Shown here: one piece after another, positions 37,135 through 50,249 of the stretch
Position numbering within the stretch: the first letter of the stretch is position 1
Layout: the number at the start of each line of letters is the position of its first letter
NCBI GenBank assembly: GCA_026770705.1
Contig: JANJGN010000064.1
Span: forward strand, 2,046,001-2,110,000
From: Isurus oxyrinchus
Lineage: Eukaryota
Direction: 5' to 3'
DNA length: 64,000 nucleotides
The notes under the pieces: model-generated
Databases searched by the model: none
Seen by the model: the letters and a program-made list of their open reading frames with translations, nothing else
Told to the model about the DNA's origin: nothing
Translations under genes and position numbers: made by a program

Positions 37135-38305
37135 CCTCATGCGAAAGCAAGACTCAGCATGGTTTTTCGAAAGGGAAATCATGTTTAACCAAGTTATTAG
37201 AGTTTTTTGAAGGATAAGCATGTGTTATGGATGAAGAGGAGCACGTATGCTTAATATACTTCGATTTTCAAAAGGCCTTAGACAAGCTGCCACATCGAAG
37301 GTTATTGCAGAAAATAAATGTTCATGGTATAGGGGTAAGATATTGACATGGAGAGAAGGCTGACTGGCTGACAGAAAACAGAGAGTATGCATATGTGGGT
37401 CTTTGTCTGATTGGCAGGAAATACGACTGGATGGGGATAGGTGCTGGGATCATGATTTTTTACAATTTATATCAATCGCTTAGATGAGGAGATTTAAGTC
37501 ATGATAGATAATTTTTCAGGTGGCACAGATAAAGTTGGGAAAGTTCTGAAGATTGCAAAAGGAACATGCTAATAGAAATATATGGATTGAGTTTTTGGGC
37601 AAAAACCTACAGATGGATAATTATTTTGGAACATATGAAGTTGTTCACTTTGGTAGGGAAAATAATAATAATAAGAAACAAATTATTAATTACACAGAGA
37701 ACGACTGCAGAGTTCCAAGCTGCAGGGAGATCTAGGTGCCTTGGTTCATGAGTCACAAAAAGTTATTATGCAGGTACAGCACGTAATGTAGGAGTCGAAT
37801 GCAATGCTATCCTTTATTCCTAGAGGAATTGGAGACAAAAGAAAGGCTGTTAAGCTTCAGTAATACAGGGTAATCATGACTCCAAATCTGGAGTACTGTA
37901 TGCCTTTTTTTCCCTTTACTTTAGGAAGGATGTAAGTGAGTTTGAGGCGGTTCAGAGCGGGTTTACTGGGTTGATACCTGGAATGAGCGGGTGCCTTATG
38001 AGTATTGGTCGGACAGACTGGGTGTGTTCCTTGTAGGATAGTGGAAATGAGATGTTTTTTTTTCTCTCAGGTGACTATGCGACTTCAGAACATTCGGCCT
38101 CAGAAAGCAATGGAGGTGCTGTCATTTAAAATTTAAAAAAAATACAGGTAAATAAATTCTTGTAAGGCAAAAGATTCAAAGGCTTTCGGCGCAGATGGGA
38201 ATGTGGAATGCAAAATACAAACATATCATCCACGATCTTGGTGAACGGAGGAACAGCCTCGAACATCTATTTGATTTACTTCTGCTCCTATTTCCTATGT
38301 TCGTA
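37135..38305 (+). mobile_element. CR1-type LINE RT fragment with 3' end
   Basis: QHGFSKGKSCLTKLLEFFE..IYFDFQKALDKLPHRRLL; tail ctgctcctatttcctatgttcgta. Confidence 0.9.
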
Positions 38306-39969
38306 GCAAATGCAGATATTGGAAATCTGAAGTAACAACAGAAATTCCTGTTATGCTCTCCAGACACTACTGCTTCCTGGGAGAGAGAAAATCTCAATCT
38401 TTCAGCTCTGTAAACCAAAGGTGTTGTCTGAGCTGCTGAGTGAAGCCAGCATTTTCTAAAGGCTGAAAGTCCTATGTTTTAATTATAGCTTGGTCCCTAG
38501 ATTCATGCCAATATTCAAAGCAGAGATTCAGCAAGATTACTGTATACTCTCTGGATCTTAGTGTAATCGGTGATGAGGAGAAACCTATTCAACAAATGTT
38601 TATGTATCTTTGAAGTGCCCTAACACAGGGGATTGGGAGAGCTCAAAATATTTAAACCTGAGATCAATATATTATTGAATACTGAGGGGATAAGAGGATA
38701 TGAGAATAGCCCTGCGCCTATCCATCATTCTGATGGGAAAATGAAAATGTTGCACATAGAGATCAAAGAGAGGGAAACAGGGAGACAAACAGACAGACAT
38801 TCAAAAGGTAGAGAATGACGGGCAGAGACATGCGTCGCAATATTTTTGCTTCATTAGTTGGACATGGCAAAGAGAAAGACTTCCAGAGAAACAATGACAC
38901 GCTCAGAAAATAGTTCAGGAAGTAAGACGCACACATAATAAAACACGTTTAAAGTGGAGATAGATTTCAATACGAGGAAGTAAGCAATGTTATTACGAAC
39001 TTTTGGAGGACCAATATGGAAAGTCGCTACATTGTAAAAGCGAGGTTTTTGTAAAGTGTGGATGGGCAGTGAGACTTTTCCCTCCATATACACAACGCTC
39101 ATAATGTAGCTCAATAAGCATATTGAATATTTTGGTTTCTAAATGGAGAAAGAGCATGTTAAGCCACCGGGGTCATGCTAGAACTTGAAGTCCTGCATTT
39201 ACACATTCGTAAGCAATCTTGTTAGTTTTGTTCACCACTCTTCAGCAAGGCATCAGAAAGGGGCTCGAGAACGTTCACTGGGGCGTTTTCAAGGATGAAA
39301 TTGTTATATTATGAGGTGTTGTTGGACAACCCCGGGTTGTTATACTTTGGACAAAACATTTTGAAAAATCACCAAATAGTGGTTTTCCACATCATGCGAG
39401 ATTTGGGGATGGTAAACAAGGAAAAAATCCCCTCTGTGTGTACATCAATAACTAAAGGTCATGGATTCAAATTCGTTGACAAAAGTTATGCAGATGACGG
39501 GAGCCGAGACATTTCCACTCGGAGTTGGTGGGATCTGGAAGGCTTGACATAAATAGGTGTCAGAAGATATTTCCGTGAATAATTTTAGATAGGAATTGTA
39601 AAAGCCTTTGCAGACGAGCATCTTAGAAAACCACAATAAACAAGAACAACGCGGGAGCAATTAACAAAAACAACGCACACATGCACAAATACAAGCGCAC
39701 GGAAAATTTGCCTGCACATACCGTTGGGCACATCTAATTAAGCTTAAAGTGACATCGACAATGTGAGAGAGGGAGAAAAAGAAGGGTGGCATTAATTTAG
39801 CCGATATTTGTGGTATTCATGACAGAAAATTCGTGAGCACACGGAGATGAATAAGAATGAGGAAAGCGACTTCTGTTGTTGAAAAGTTTGCGATATGATA
39901 CCGCATAAGGCAGAACTCATCTCTAAGGAAATTGGTCAAATTTTGAAACTGAACGAAGAACAGAATTTG

Positions 39970-40047
39970 CGTAGTCGCAAGGATTTGAATCTGCTCAAAG
40001 GCACGCTAATGCATGTGTATTTGCTTTCCGCACTCGGCCACAACTAT
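39970..40047 (-). pseudogene. tRNA-Ser (AGA/TGA type) pseudogene
   Basis: Reverse strand ATAGTTGTGGCCGAGTG...GCAGATTCAAATCCTTGCGACTACG, versus GTAGTCGTGGCCGAGTGG...GCAGGTTCGAATCCTGCCGACTACG; anticodon arm destroyed. Confidence 0.8.
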
Positions 40048-40879
40048 GCAGTTTAGCAGTATATAAACCAGACTGATCACCGTCCAAAACAATTCTCATT
40101 AAGTGTCTCTCTTTCGTATGATTTTGACTTCTTGTGCTGAAAATAAATGCGTGTCATCCTTCTGCTGGTTGCAGAGCTGTATTTTCGATTTGTCTTCTGA
40201 ACTTGGTTTGATGCAGAAATATTTTTTCTGTCTGTTTCTTTCCTTTTCCCAATGATTCCTAAATATATTTACACACAACGCAGATATTCACAAATACTTT
40301 GAGAGATAAAACAGTCACATACACACATTCATTCAGAACGAGCACACCGATAAACATAACAACCAATTTCAAACATCACAATGTTAATGATAAATATTCG
40401 GACATTCAGAACCTGCTGTAACTCAACTCGGAGGTGTCGCAATAGCTGCCTTAAAGGTGCAACAGCAAATGAATATTTTGTTGACAGAAACACAGAGATA
40501 ATCTAATTATATTCTACTATCATGTTCCGTGTTCTTTCTGCAATTTAGTTTTGAGGAACTACCAGGAATAGGGATTGTGGATTCGATAGGATGGATCGAA
40601 AGGAACTGCTCCCTTGGACTTTGTGTGTACACAGAACACAGGAGACAGAATGGCAAGACATTGGACAGTAAATGCAGAGCCAGTCAGTAAGTATATGAGT
40701 GTACACAAGGAATATATATTTCAGGTACCATTTGTGAAATGAGTGTATTTTCTAGGTGGTGAGAAACAAGGGGCTGTGGAAAAACAAATTGGTTTCGATC
40801 TCCAGGACGAGGGCTCACAAACAGCTAGTATGCATGCACAAATAACACCATCTTTAATCTCCATTTCAAGATTTTCATA

Positions 40880-42400
40880 TCCGAGTTAACAATCCTTACA
40901 ATCAATGTTTAGACAGCTGACCTGAGTTTGTAGCTTAAATTAGAAAACAGATCCATGCAACTAGCGGAGAGGCTTAAAACATGCTGTTTTCCATATTGTT
41001 TTCCAATATTTTGCAATGTGCATAGTTGTTCACCTCTTCTATGGCTTGAAACTTTGGGAATTTTTTATCTGTGATTGTGATGTAAGACAGGGGGAAATGA
41101 GAATTTTCACGAAGTTGCAATTGTTGAAAAAAGGTTCAGCTGGAATGGTCGTGAAGCCTTTAAATTCATGAGGCACAAATTTCTCTTTCTCGTGTTCTTG
41201 TAGATAACACTCGAAGGAATCAACCTATTGGCACCAGAATGCAAAAAACTGCTGATTCACCAATGGGATTTCGGATTGCAATCGTTTATTTTACGAATTT
41301 AGTTTTGATAATCGTAGAAAGGTATAATCATATAATGGATACAGCACAAAATGAAACCATTCGTCCTGTCCTGTCTGTTCTGTTTCTCTTATGGAGAAAT
41401 GCAACCATTGTCAATCCCCCGCCTTCTCCCGTGCATTTTTTTTCTTTTCAGGTCTTTTCCCTGTTTCTAGTCTCTTTAGAAATAAAATGAAGGGTGATCT
41501 AATCGAATTTTCTATTCCATTTAAACCACGTGTTAGGTTATAAAGGGAGAAATCGCTTTCCCTGGAGGAAAAAATGGGGCTGATTCAAGTCATGTTGTTG
41601 ACACTGATGCAGAGAGATGAGGTCTAAGCCAACAAAGATTAATAAATAAATAAATAAATAAAACAGGAAGCTTTTTTCACAATGAGGGCAGCTGGAAATT
41701 TAGAAAGAATTTTTAAAAGTTGATCGAATCTACAATAAATTCTAGAAGACACTATGTTTTTGCCAATCGAATAGACATATCTGTCTGTTCTGCTCGCTTG
41801 AAGAACTCAACATCCCTGACTCCTGTATTTCCTGTTGCTTTACAGGGGGGAAAACACCTCGAGTCAAAATGTACTGTCCAAACCTGGACTCGAACAGTAG
41901 ACCCGCATATTACATATGTTAAGTTTTACCGATTGAGACATCCAGCTGGAATAATCATTCTTCCAATAGCTGCCTTCGCCACCTGACATGAGGCATTGCA
42001 ACCACTTTTTGCTTTCATTCCCTTGTTTGCTAATCCATCCTCGACAGCACATTTCCTTTATAGGCAGATCAGCAGCGTCCCTTTGGCTTCGTTTATCAAA
42101 TCACCTAATTTACTCCAACTGTTTGCTCCTAACCCGTGGCTTGGGAGGTGAGGATTGTTGTTTCCGACTATTTGCACTGACCCTTGCTGATTGTGTTTAC
42201 TTCGGCGGTGTGTTGAATTGTAGGAATTGGAGAGGGAAGATCAAAACCCTCAGAGATGGATCTTGCGAATGGGTAAACAATTCCATATGATGTTTGTTGT
42301 TGGAAATTGTGATGTTAACCCTTTTAAAGCAAGAAAGCTCATTGGCGGAAACGTTCCAAATTGTGAGAATCACAAAAATAGCGGAGTAAGATAGAAATGC
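40880..42400. repeat. Third, partial and more diverged copy of the 3.2 kb unit
   Basis: gctgattcacca (~41251 vs ~28450), ggcagatcagcagcgtccctttggcttc (~42063 vs ~29229), aagctcatt (~42335 vs ~29501). Confidence 0.75.
41875..41947 (-). pseudogene. tRNA-Lys-derived pseudogene, copy 3
   Basis: Reverse strand GCTGGATGTCTCAATCGGTAAAAC...GCGGGTCTACTGTTCGAGTCCAGGTTTGGACA; same position in the repeat unit; B box GTTCGAGTCC. Confidence 0.6.
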
Positions 42401-42469
42401 TACACAAATGTTCAGTTGGTCTAGGTGCAGCGCAGAGCGGGAAGCAATGATCGTAAGATAAAGGGAAAA

Positions 42470-42715
42470 CAGTACAGAGGCTGGAAATATGAAACAAAAA
42501 CAATCAGTGGTGAAGAAACTCAGCATTTCTGACAGCATCTATGGAGAGAAAGGCAGAGTTAACTTTTAGACACCATATGACTTACTCAGAACGTTCTGAG
42601 GAAGAGTCATATGGAGCTGAAACGTTAGCTCTGCCGTTCACTTCACAGTTGATGTCAGTAGTGTTGACTTTTTCCAGCACTTATTCTTTTGGTATCCATT
42701 TATATCGTCTTATTT
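42470..42715. mobile_element. Penelope-derived inverted-repeat (hairpin) element
   Basis: Arms centred on the palindrome cagaacgttctg (42587-42598); same family as 9887-10155. Confidence 0.65.
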
Positions 42716-43639
42716 TCTTCTCTTCCTGACAGTCTGAACGACCTCGGAATTCTGCATGTTGTCTTTAATCTGTCAATTGTTTCCCAACGCAATGAAGCGA
42801 TTAAAACCCCTTTTCAGACCCGTTGCATCGTCCCCACAACTTAATAACCTATCTACCTTTGTATGTTAACGAATTTACCTCGAACCAAGTCTGATCCTTC
42901 ATCGAATTGATTAAGACCAATCGTAAATAGTGAAGACCCTGCAGGTATTCCCGTGGCCCTCCAGTATGTGCAATTTGTGATCCTGAAATTGGTCCATTTA
43001 TCACAAGTCTTTGTGATCTGTTAGTTGTTCAGCCCATTTCCATTGCTAACATATCATCTCTTCCCCATCCTCACCGCCTCACTGCCTACTTTTTATATAT
43101 TAAGCTTTAATGTGGTACCATACAAAATGTGTTTTGGGAGCCCAGACGCTCTACATCTGCTAGTAATCCATTAGCCACCCTCTTTGTTACATCCTGATCG
43201 AGCTTTACAAAATGCATCATTCACATTTCCCTGTCATGCTGTCACTGGCTGATTGAATTATGTTTTCTTCCCTTCATTTCCTGTTTCTTCATCCATAAAA
43301 ATGCATTCTGGCAGTTTCACAATGAGTGATATTAGGTTAAATGGTCTGATGTATGTTTCCGTCCTTTGAGTATTGAAGCTGCAGTCACAAAGACTCAAAA
43401 AGTTAACCAAGCCTTTCTCTCCACAGATGCTATCTATCTTGCTGCGTTTTCCCGGCACATTTTGTTTTTGATTCAGACATTACCCACAGCCTGAAACGAG
43501 TGGAAATAAGGTTGGCGGAGGAGGGGAGGATGGAGATGTCCTTGAATGCAATGTTTTACAGCATTTTGGAAACATTGTGTGCCTTCAAAATATTCTGGCA
43601 TTAGTACTGAATTCTTGTGCCCAAGAAATTGTCAGACGT

Positions 43640-45078
43640 CTAGAAAAGCTGTTCCAGTACAGCGACAACACGGCAATCTACGCAGCTATATGGAAGGTTG
43701 CCCAGGTATGTCTTTGACACAAAAAGCAGGGCAAATCCACCCCAGCTAATCACGACCCCCACCAGTCTACACTGGTCATCAATAAAGCAACGGGAATGGT
43801 CATCAACAGTGCTATCAAGTGGAAATTGTTTAGCAATAACCTACTCACCGACTCGCAGTTAGGGTTCCACCTGGGCCACGCAGCGCCTGGCCTCATTGCA
43901 CCCTTGTTTCAAAAACAAGCAAGAGAGTAGAACTCCTGAGCTGAGGTGAGTGTCAGTGCCCTTGACATCAAGGCAGCACTTGCCCAAGTGTGGTGTCAAG
44001 GAGCACTGGCAAAATTGGAGTCAATGGTTATCATGTGGAAAGCTGACCTCTGGTCGGAGTCTTACCAGACACAAAGGAAAATGTTTCTGGTTGTTAGAGG
44101 TCACTCATCTCAGCTCCATGTCATCAGCGCAGGAATTCCTTAGGATAGTGTCCTAGAACCAAGCTTCTTAAACTGCTTCTTCAAAGATCTTCCTTGAATC
44201 GTAAAGTCAGAAGTGGGGATGGTGCCAATGATTGCACAATGTTCAGCACCATTCTCGACACATCAGGTACTGAAGTAATCCACGTCCAAATGCAGCAAAA
44301 CATGAACAACATTCCGGCTTGGGCTGACGAGTGGCAGGCAATGCTCAATTCCAACAAGAGATAATGCAACCATCGCGACTTGATGTTCAATGCCATTACC
44401 ATCACTGAATCCTCCATTATCAACATTGACCAGGATTGGAACCGGACCTGCCACGTAAATACTGTGGCAACAAGAGCAGGTCCAAGGATAGAAATCGTGC
44501 TACCAGTAGCTCACCTCTTGCCTTCCAAAGCATCATCTACAAGGCACAAATAAGGGGTGTGATGGAACACTCCCCACTTGCCTGGGCGAGTGCAGCACCC
44601 ACAACAGGCAGGGAGCTTGACACCATTCAGGAAAAAGCATTCCCCTTGATTAGCATCACACACGCAAACAGTCACTCTCCCCCCACCCCCACCAAGGACA
44701 CACAGTCGTAACAGCGTGTGCCATCGATAAGATACGCAACAGGAATTAACCAAGGCTCCTTTGACAACACTTCCCAAACACACAAATATTAACATTTGCA
44801 AGTACAAGTGCAGCAGTTAAACGGGAACAACACCACATGGAAGTGTCCCTTCAAGTCACTCAACATCCTTGCTTGGAAAAGAAGCACTCTTCCATCACTG
44901 TCGCTGGTTCAAAATTCTATAATTCCCTCGCTCACAGCACTCTGCCTGTACGTTCACCACAAGGACCTCACTGTTTCAAGAATGCAAGTCACCACCACCT
45001 TTCAAAGGCAACGAGGTGGGAGAATAAGTACTGGCACAGCGAAGGAATACCACATCCCGTGATTCAATAAAAAATAAA
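43640..45078 (+). mobile_element. Family-B LINE (CR1/L2 clade) RT fragment with 3' tail
   Basis: ALDIKAALAQVWCQGALAKLES..SAGIP*DSVL; IYKAQIRGVMEHSPLAW; A-rich tail at ~45065. Confidence 0.85.
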
Positions 45079-46723
45079 ATGTTGACCACAAAGGCAGAAG
45101 TATCAAACATTGCTTGAAAAGTAGAATATCACGTAAAGCGCACAGGGACAACACAGTGGGAGGCGTATTTATTGTTAGTCATAAGCAAGAATTGTAGAGG
45201 AATATAGGAAGGGCAGCGGACACCTTGCAAAACATAGGTACTTGATACTGAAGGCATGGCAGAAATGCTGGAAAGGCAATTTCTGTCAGGGGGTGACTGT
45301 AGAAAGAGAAACCGAGTTAACTCTCCAAGCCTGTAACATTTCATCAGAACCCAAAACGTATTTTATTTTTCTTCCTTGTCTGACCTGTTAACTTGCCTAT
45401 AATCTCACCATGTAGTCTCACGAAGTTGGCTTTTTATGTATATTGATGCCCCTCCTGACTTGCTCCCCTGCCCACCATCTGCTGCTTGACCTGTTTCCAT
45501 TTCCAGCATTTTCTACTTTGTTTCAGAAATCTGTCCTTTTTGTTTCAGATTTACTGCACTATCCACAGTATTTATTTTCTTCTTTGTGTTCGCATGACCT
45601 AATGTACGGGAGCATTAAACATCATCCAAGAATAATGCGGAATAGTCGCTGGGGGTCTAAAAGGCCAAGGTCTTCCTTGCCACATTTCCCAATCTCTTAT
45701 CTGCTATTGTAACCTAACGGCCCAGTACATTATGCTCCTTTTCATTGTAGGAGCTCGAAAATTAGCTACAAATTTGCCTCAGGCCGCTGTAGAGAAGCGG
45801 TAGAGGATCTGGAGGCATTTCACAGGACTTCCTGATGTTCAGTTCCACTGACTGCAATATCAGAGGTGGACCCGCCGGTCCAATTTTGCGCCCCTACCAT
45901 TTGTTTTTTTTCAGCTGCCCAATATTTAATTTGAATCTTTATATTTCCGGAAAGAGCTGCCAAATGTTATTCAACACTGCCCATGCCTCGTGCAACTCAC
46001 GTGATGCCGCTGGCCCGTTAGGCTTTGCTTATATTTCTCCTCATTCTGCAAAGTTTCAGTAACGAATTACACAGCAATTCGGAAAAGAATATTGAATGAG
46101 ATATTGGTCGTTATCATTTATAAATGCACTTTGAACACCTCACGCTTAAACAGGCTGCCTGGACGGAAGGTGCAAAAGAAAGTCTTTCACCTATTTCACC
46201 TAACGCTCCGCTTTGGCAAAGCTAAATCAGGCATACATCCCAGAATGTGGCAGAGGGATTTTCCGGTGACATTGAGGCACCTGGGAGATTCTTTGGGGAT
46301 GCTTTGTAGCAAGTGGAAGCTCTGGGAGCCGCATGATTGGTTCTTGAAGCTTATGTTTTACAAATTACCTTTCAATGATTTTCCAAAACTTCACCTGTCG
46401 CCAGAGTAATTTCCATATTAAGGAGAGTTAGCAAGGTTCTAAACGGAAAACAACCAGATATCGTTTAATGAGCAGCTCATTATTAAAAGCGAGTGAGAAG
46501 TCTGCGATAATGAAATAAATTTCAAGGACGCTCATATTTTATTAAATGCATAGAGCCTCGCCTCCCGCGCCTAATTTGCTGTTCTGCTGGTATTAGTGAG
46601 TTACTCCAAAGTCTCTGTGATTATATAATGACGGTGCAATCAGAAAGTTATTACAATACCTTATAGCGGCCAAAACTGTCATGAAGTCGAACAATTTTTC
46701 ATCAACAGGATTCTCCGACTGAC

Positions 46724-46817
46724 CAGGAACACCAAAGGTTGCGAGAAGAGGATAGAACATGTCCTTTATCAGGAGGATTGCCGCTTGTAAAATTTTATCA
46801 AGAACAGGTGAATGCAT
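46724..46817 (-). CDS. GPR139-like: Orphan first coding exon of a second GPR139-like GPCR
   Basis: MHSPVLDKILQAAILLIKDMFYPLLATFGVP(G)|gtcagt; phase-1 donor; homologous to exon 1 at 19775; exon 2 not found. Confidence 0.75.
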
Positions 46818-47554
46818 GTTAGACTCATTAACAAACGCATTTTTTTTTTTTTGGTTACTCGATGCCCGAGCACGGAAAAATGAAACATCGTTTTACTTAC
46901 AGTCACTGAACAATTATTGGTAGATTTTCTGCTTCAGCGCACCCGGGAGCAGCAATTGGGAAATGGCACATCTCAGTTCATGAACGTCCATCCTTTACAA
47001 TCACGAAATGGAATGTACTACAGGCGCAGAGTTAATGCTTAATGTGCACAGGCCAAATCTCTTGAGTGCAAGTTCCTCCTGGACATTGGGTTAAACATTT
47101 GAGGGTGGATGCTCAACAGAAATTTTGAACAGTGTAATCATTCACTCTATATTTAAAATTAGATCTTTCTGTTATTGGCGCCAACGCTACACTAACGTTT
47201 TTGTTAGCAACCCAAATTTAGCTTTATTGATGCTGATCCTATTCAAACTATATTGCGTATGATGCTATTGTGGTATTAATATTCCTGAACCTACTGTATT
47301 ATTGCTGGTAGTGAGTAATCTCTTTGATTGCTGACAGTGTTCGTACACAAACGTAAATGGAAGTTACACTAGGCTAACATTACAGACTGGGACCCTTTTT
47401 AAAATCAAGATGATTCGAATGCTGTCGTGTTCTGTGATGTCCCTCCATCTCTACAGACTTGCAATGTTCGTTCGTGGATGATATTACCAAGACATGAATG
47501 CAAAAAAGACTCACGAGAATGTTTCCACGATATGAATGGTTTAACAATCAGACA

Positions 47555-48300
47555 ATCTGATCAAGCAAAAGGCTGACATAGTCATACACACTGAATCGTT
47601 GCAATATTCTAGAAACCATTGCAGGCCATGTCCTGCTCCGCCAGCAGGGCCAACAACACCANNNNNNNNNNNNNNNNNNNNNNNNNNNNNNNNNNNNNNN
47701 NNNNNNNNNNNNNNNNNNNNNNNNNNNNNNNNNNNNNNNNNNNNNNNNNNNNNNNNNNNNNNNNNNNNNNNNNNNNNNNNNNNNNNNNNNNNNNNNNNNN
47801 NNNNNNNNCGTGCATTAAACAAGGAGTTAGCTTTGGAGTACACAAAATTGTATCTTGGACCCCATGAAGTCTCGTAAAACCACTGCAAACAACAACAAGG
47901 AAACCTCCCACAGATTAGCACCTACTGATTCCTTAAATTTCTTTAGAATTCTTTCTAGGTCATCGTTGCCAAGTTCAGCAATTGTTTGTCCATCTCGAAT
48001 TGCCATTGACAAACTATTGATGAACAGCCTTCCTGAATCACGACAGTCCATTCTGTGGGAGTTTAGTTCAATCGAATGACTTGCGAGGGGACAGTAAATA
48101 GTGAAACACATTGCCAGGCGTTTCGACTGACAAGGAGACCAGGCTAGCTCAGGTTGGGGGATGCCCTTTGCTACTGATGGTCATTAGCAAACTTTGTGCA
48201 TATTGAATATATTTTGCATCGGATGGGAGGAGTGTGCAGCTCATCCAAGCCCTCTATTCCACAGGTCCTACCATTCATGCAAATGTATAATTCATGTTGC
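47555..48300 (+). mobile_element. Family-B LINE endonuclease-region fragment spanning the gap
   Basis: gctgacatagtcatacacactgaatc (DIVIHTES), ggaccccatgaagtctc, aaggaaacctcc..gattagcacctac. Confidence 0.6.
47662..47808. other. Assembly gap (147 N)
   Basis: Run of N. Confidence 1.
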
Positions 48301-48959
48301 ATCAACGTTTTACTTAATTTACAGGGCCTCCATCCAATTCTGCCAAGCTTCTTGGCCTTCCAAGTTGCAAAGTAACATTAAATATTAAGCCCCTTTTCCT
48401 TGCCATCCTGCAGCCATGCCTCTGTAATGGCTGCCAGAACACACATATGGAATTCGATTTTTAATGTCAATTCTCTGTTTTTTTCATGAACGTCATGTCC
48501 TGATCATCATTTCCTTCTCACGACCGTGTCATTTTGCCTTGGCTTCTCTACTTGTTTTATCACATCTTCCAAAATCTGACCCATTGCCCACACGATTTAA
48601 TATAAAGCTCCTTCCAATGGCCAAAGTATATGCCTTGGCAGAACGCTCGTGCCATCTAGTTTCAGGTAAAGACTTCTCGAAAGATACAGCTACCACTTTT
48701 CTGTAATGCCTGTAAGATTATGGATGTTTATGTCTATTTGTGCTGCCAATATTTTTGTTTGTTTATGAACGCATTGTGAATTCGGACACAGTGCTTTTAT
48801 TTCATGTTTTTGTAACTTCAAGCCTTATCATAAGGAAATGGACCTTCCCCATTCGTGGCACACTCTGTCCATCAAATTCCGCATTACCTCATCTAAGATG
48901 CCGCATCAAAGGAAATAACGAAAGTATAAGTTCATGGCGTAGCGTTAACAGATTAGTCT

Positions 48960-50070
48960 CCATACTAGGTTGTTCTACCCGGAAAAAACAAAGTATTATG
49001 CATCGAATTTTCGTTTTTTTTTCTGACAAACCAGATGTGACGAGTGGATTGCAGCAGGCGTTAATGCTGGAGCCTTAACCTTTTCAGTGCTCATCAATGA
49101 CATGGATATGGCGAGTGAAGGTGTGGTACCTAAATTTGACAGATTATATATAGGTTGAGTAACTGGCCAAAAATATGGCAGAAAGAGTGTTTTATATTCA
49201 TTCATGGGAGATGGATGTCGCTCGCCATCGCAGCACAGGTATGGATGGAATTTGAACACTGGTCCCCGGAGCATATTCCTTTTTTATGCATTATTGGCTC
49301 AGCGACAACACCAGTGTACCATCGTGTGTGGGAAAATGCGAAGTTGTACGGCTGCAGCATTCTGAGTGCAGAGGAGTCTACGTGTTCTCATGCTTGTGTA
49401 GCAGGAGATTAGCATGCAGGTACAACAACTAAATAAGAGAGCTCATGGAATGATGTGCCATGTTATGAGAGGAATACAGCATGGGAGCAATAATGTTATT
49501 CCTCAGTTCAATATGGCATTTGTGAGACCGCACCTCAAGGATTGCTTGCAAATTTGGTCTCCTTGTTTCAGGAAGGATGTACATGAATTGGTAACGTTTC
49601 AGAAGGGGGTCACTGGATTGATGCCTGGAATGTGCGAGTTTTCAAACGAGGAAATGCTCGACAGTCCGGGCCTGTTTCTACTGGAGATTTCAAGAGTGAT
49701 TGGTGACTTGTTTGAAGAATTTGATATCCTGAACCATCGAGAAAATGTCGACGTAGAAAAGATGATTCCACTTGTCATTGAATCCAGAACTTGGGGACCT
49801 TTTAATCTTTGTACCGACTATTTTGGACAGAGATGAGGAGATTTCCTTTCTCCCAGACTCATGTGGAAGCGAATTCATTGTACCTGCTATGGCAGAGGTA
49901 GATGGCTCCGTGTTAAGAAAATAAATCAAACATTGTCGGTATTGCTTAGAATGTAGATATCGAAACAAAACCATATCAGCCATGATTTTATTGAACTGTA
50001 GAGCAGGCTCAATACGCTGAACGGCCAACCTGTGCTCAGATTCAGAATGTTTGTATGTTTTTTCTGTTCT
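48960..50070 (+). mobile_element. CR1-type LINE RT 3' fragment
   Basis: ORF 49414..49836 FVRPHLKDCLQIWSPCFRKD..IGDLFEEFDIL. Confidence 0.85.
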
Positions 50071-50249
50071 CGCTTGAATAACTTTGTGTACGATGCTCAA
50101 TTTATTCCCCCATCCTGAATCCACTATACCCATCCATATAGGCTGCAAGAGCATCGAAACCCTTGGACAATTGAAAAGCTGAGGCTCCAACACTTCAACC
50201 CTCTTGGTAATCACACCAGCATCACTTGCAGTCATGTCCTCCTGCCCTT

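Noticed and set aside
42197-42538. Hydrophobic minus-strand ORF as candidate exon 2 for the orphan GPCR exon
   Set aside because: No GPCR motifs; overlaps the Penelope hairpin and the tRNA-unit copy.
47541-48111. Cluster of ORFs around the gap, first suspected to be an endogenous virus
   Set aside because: Most are inflated by N runs; the + strand matches LINE endonuclease motifs (DIVIHTES, GPHEVS).
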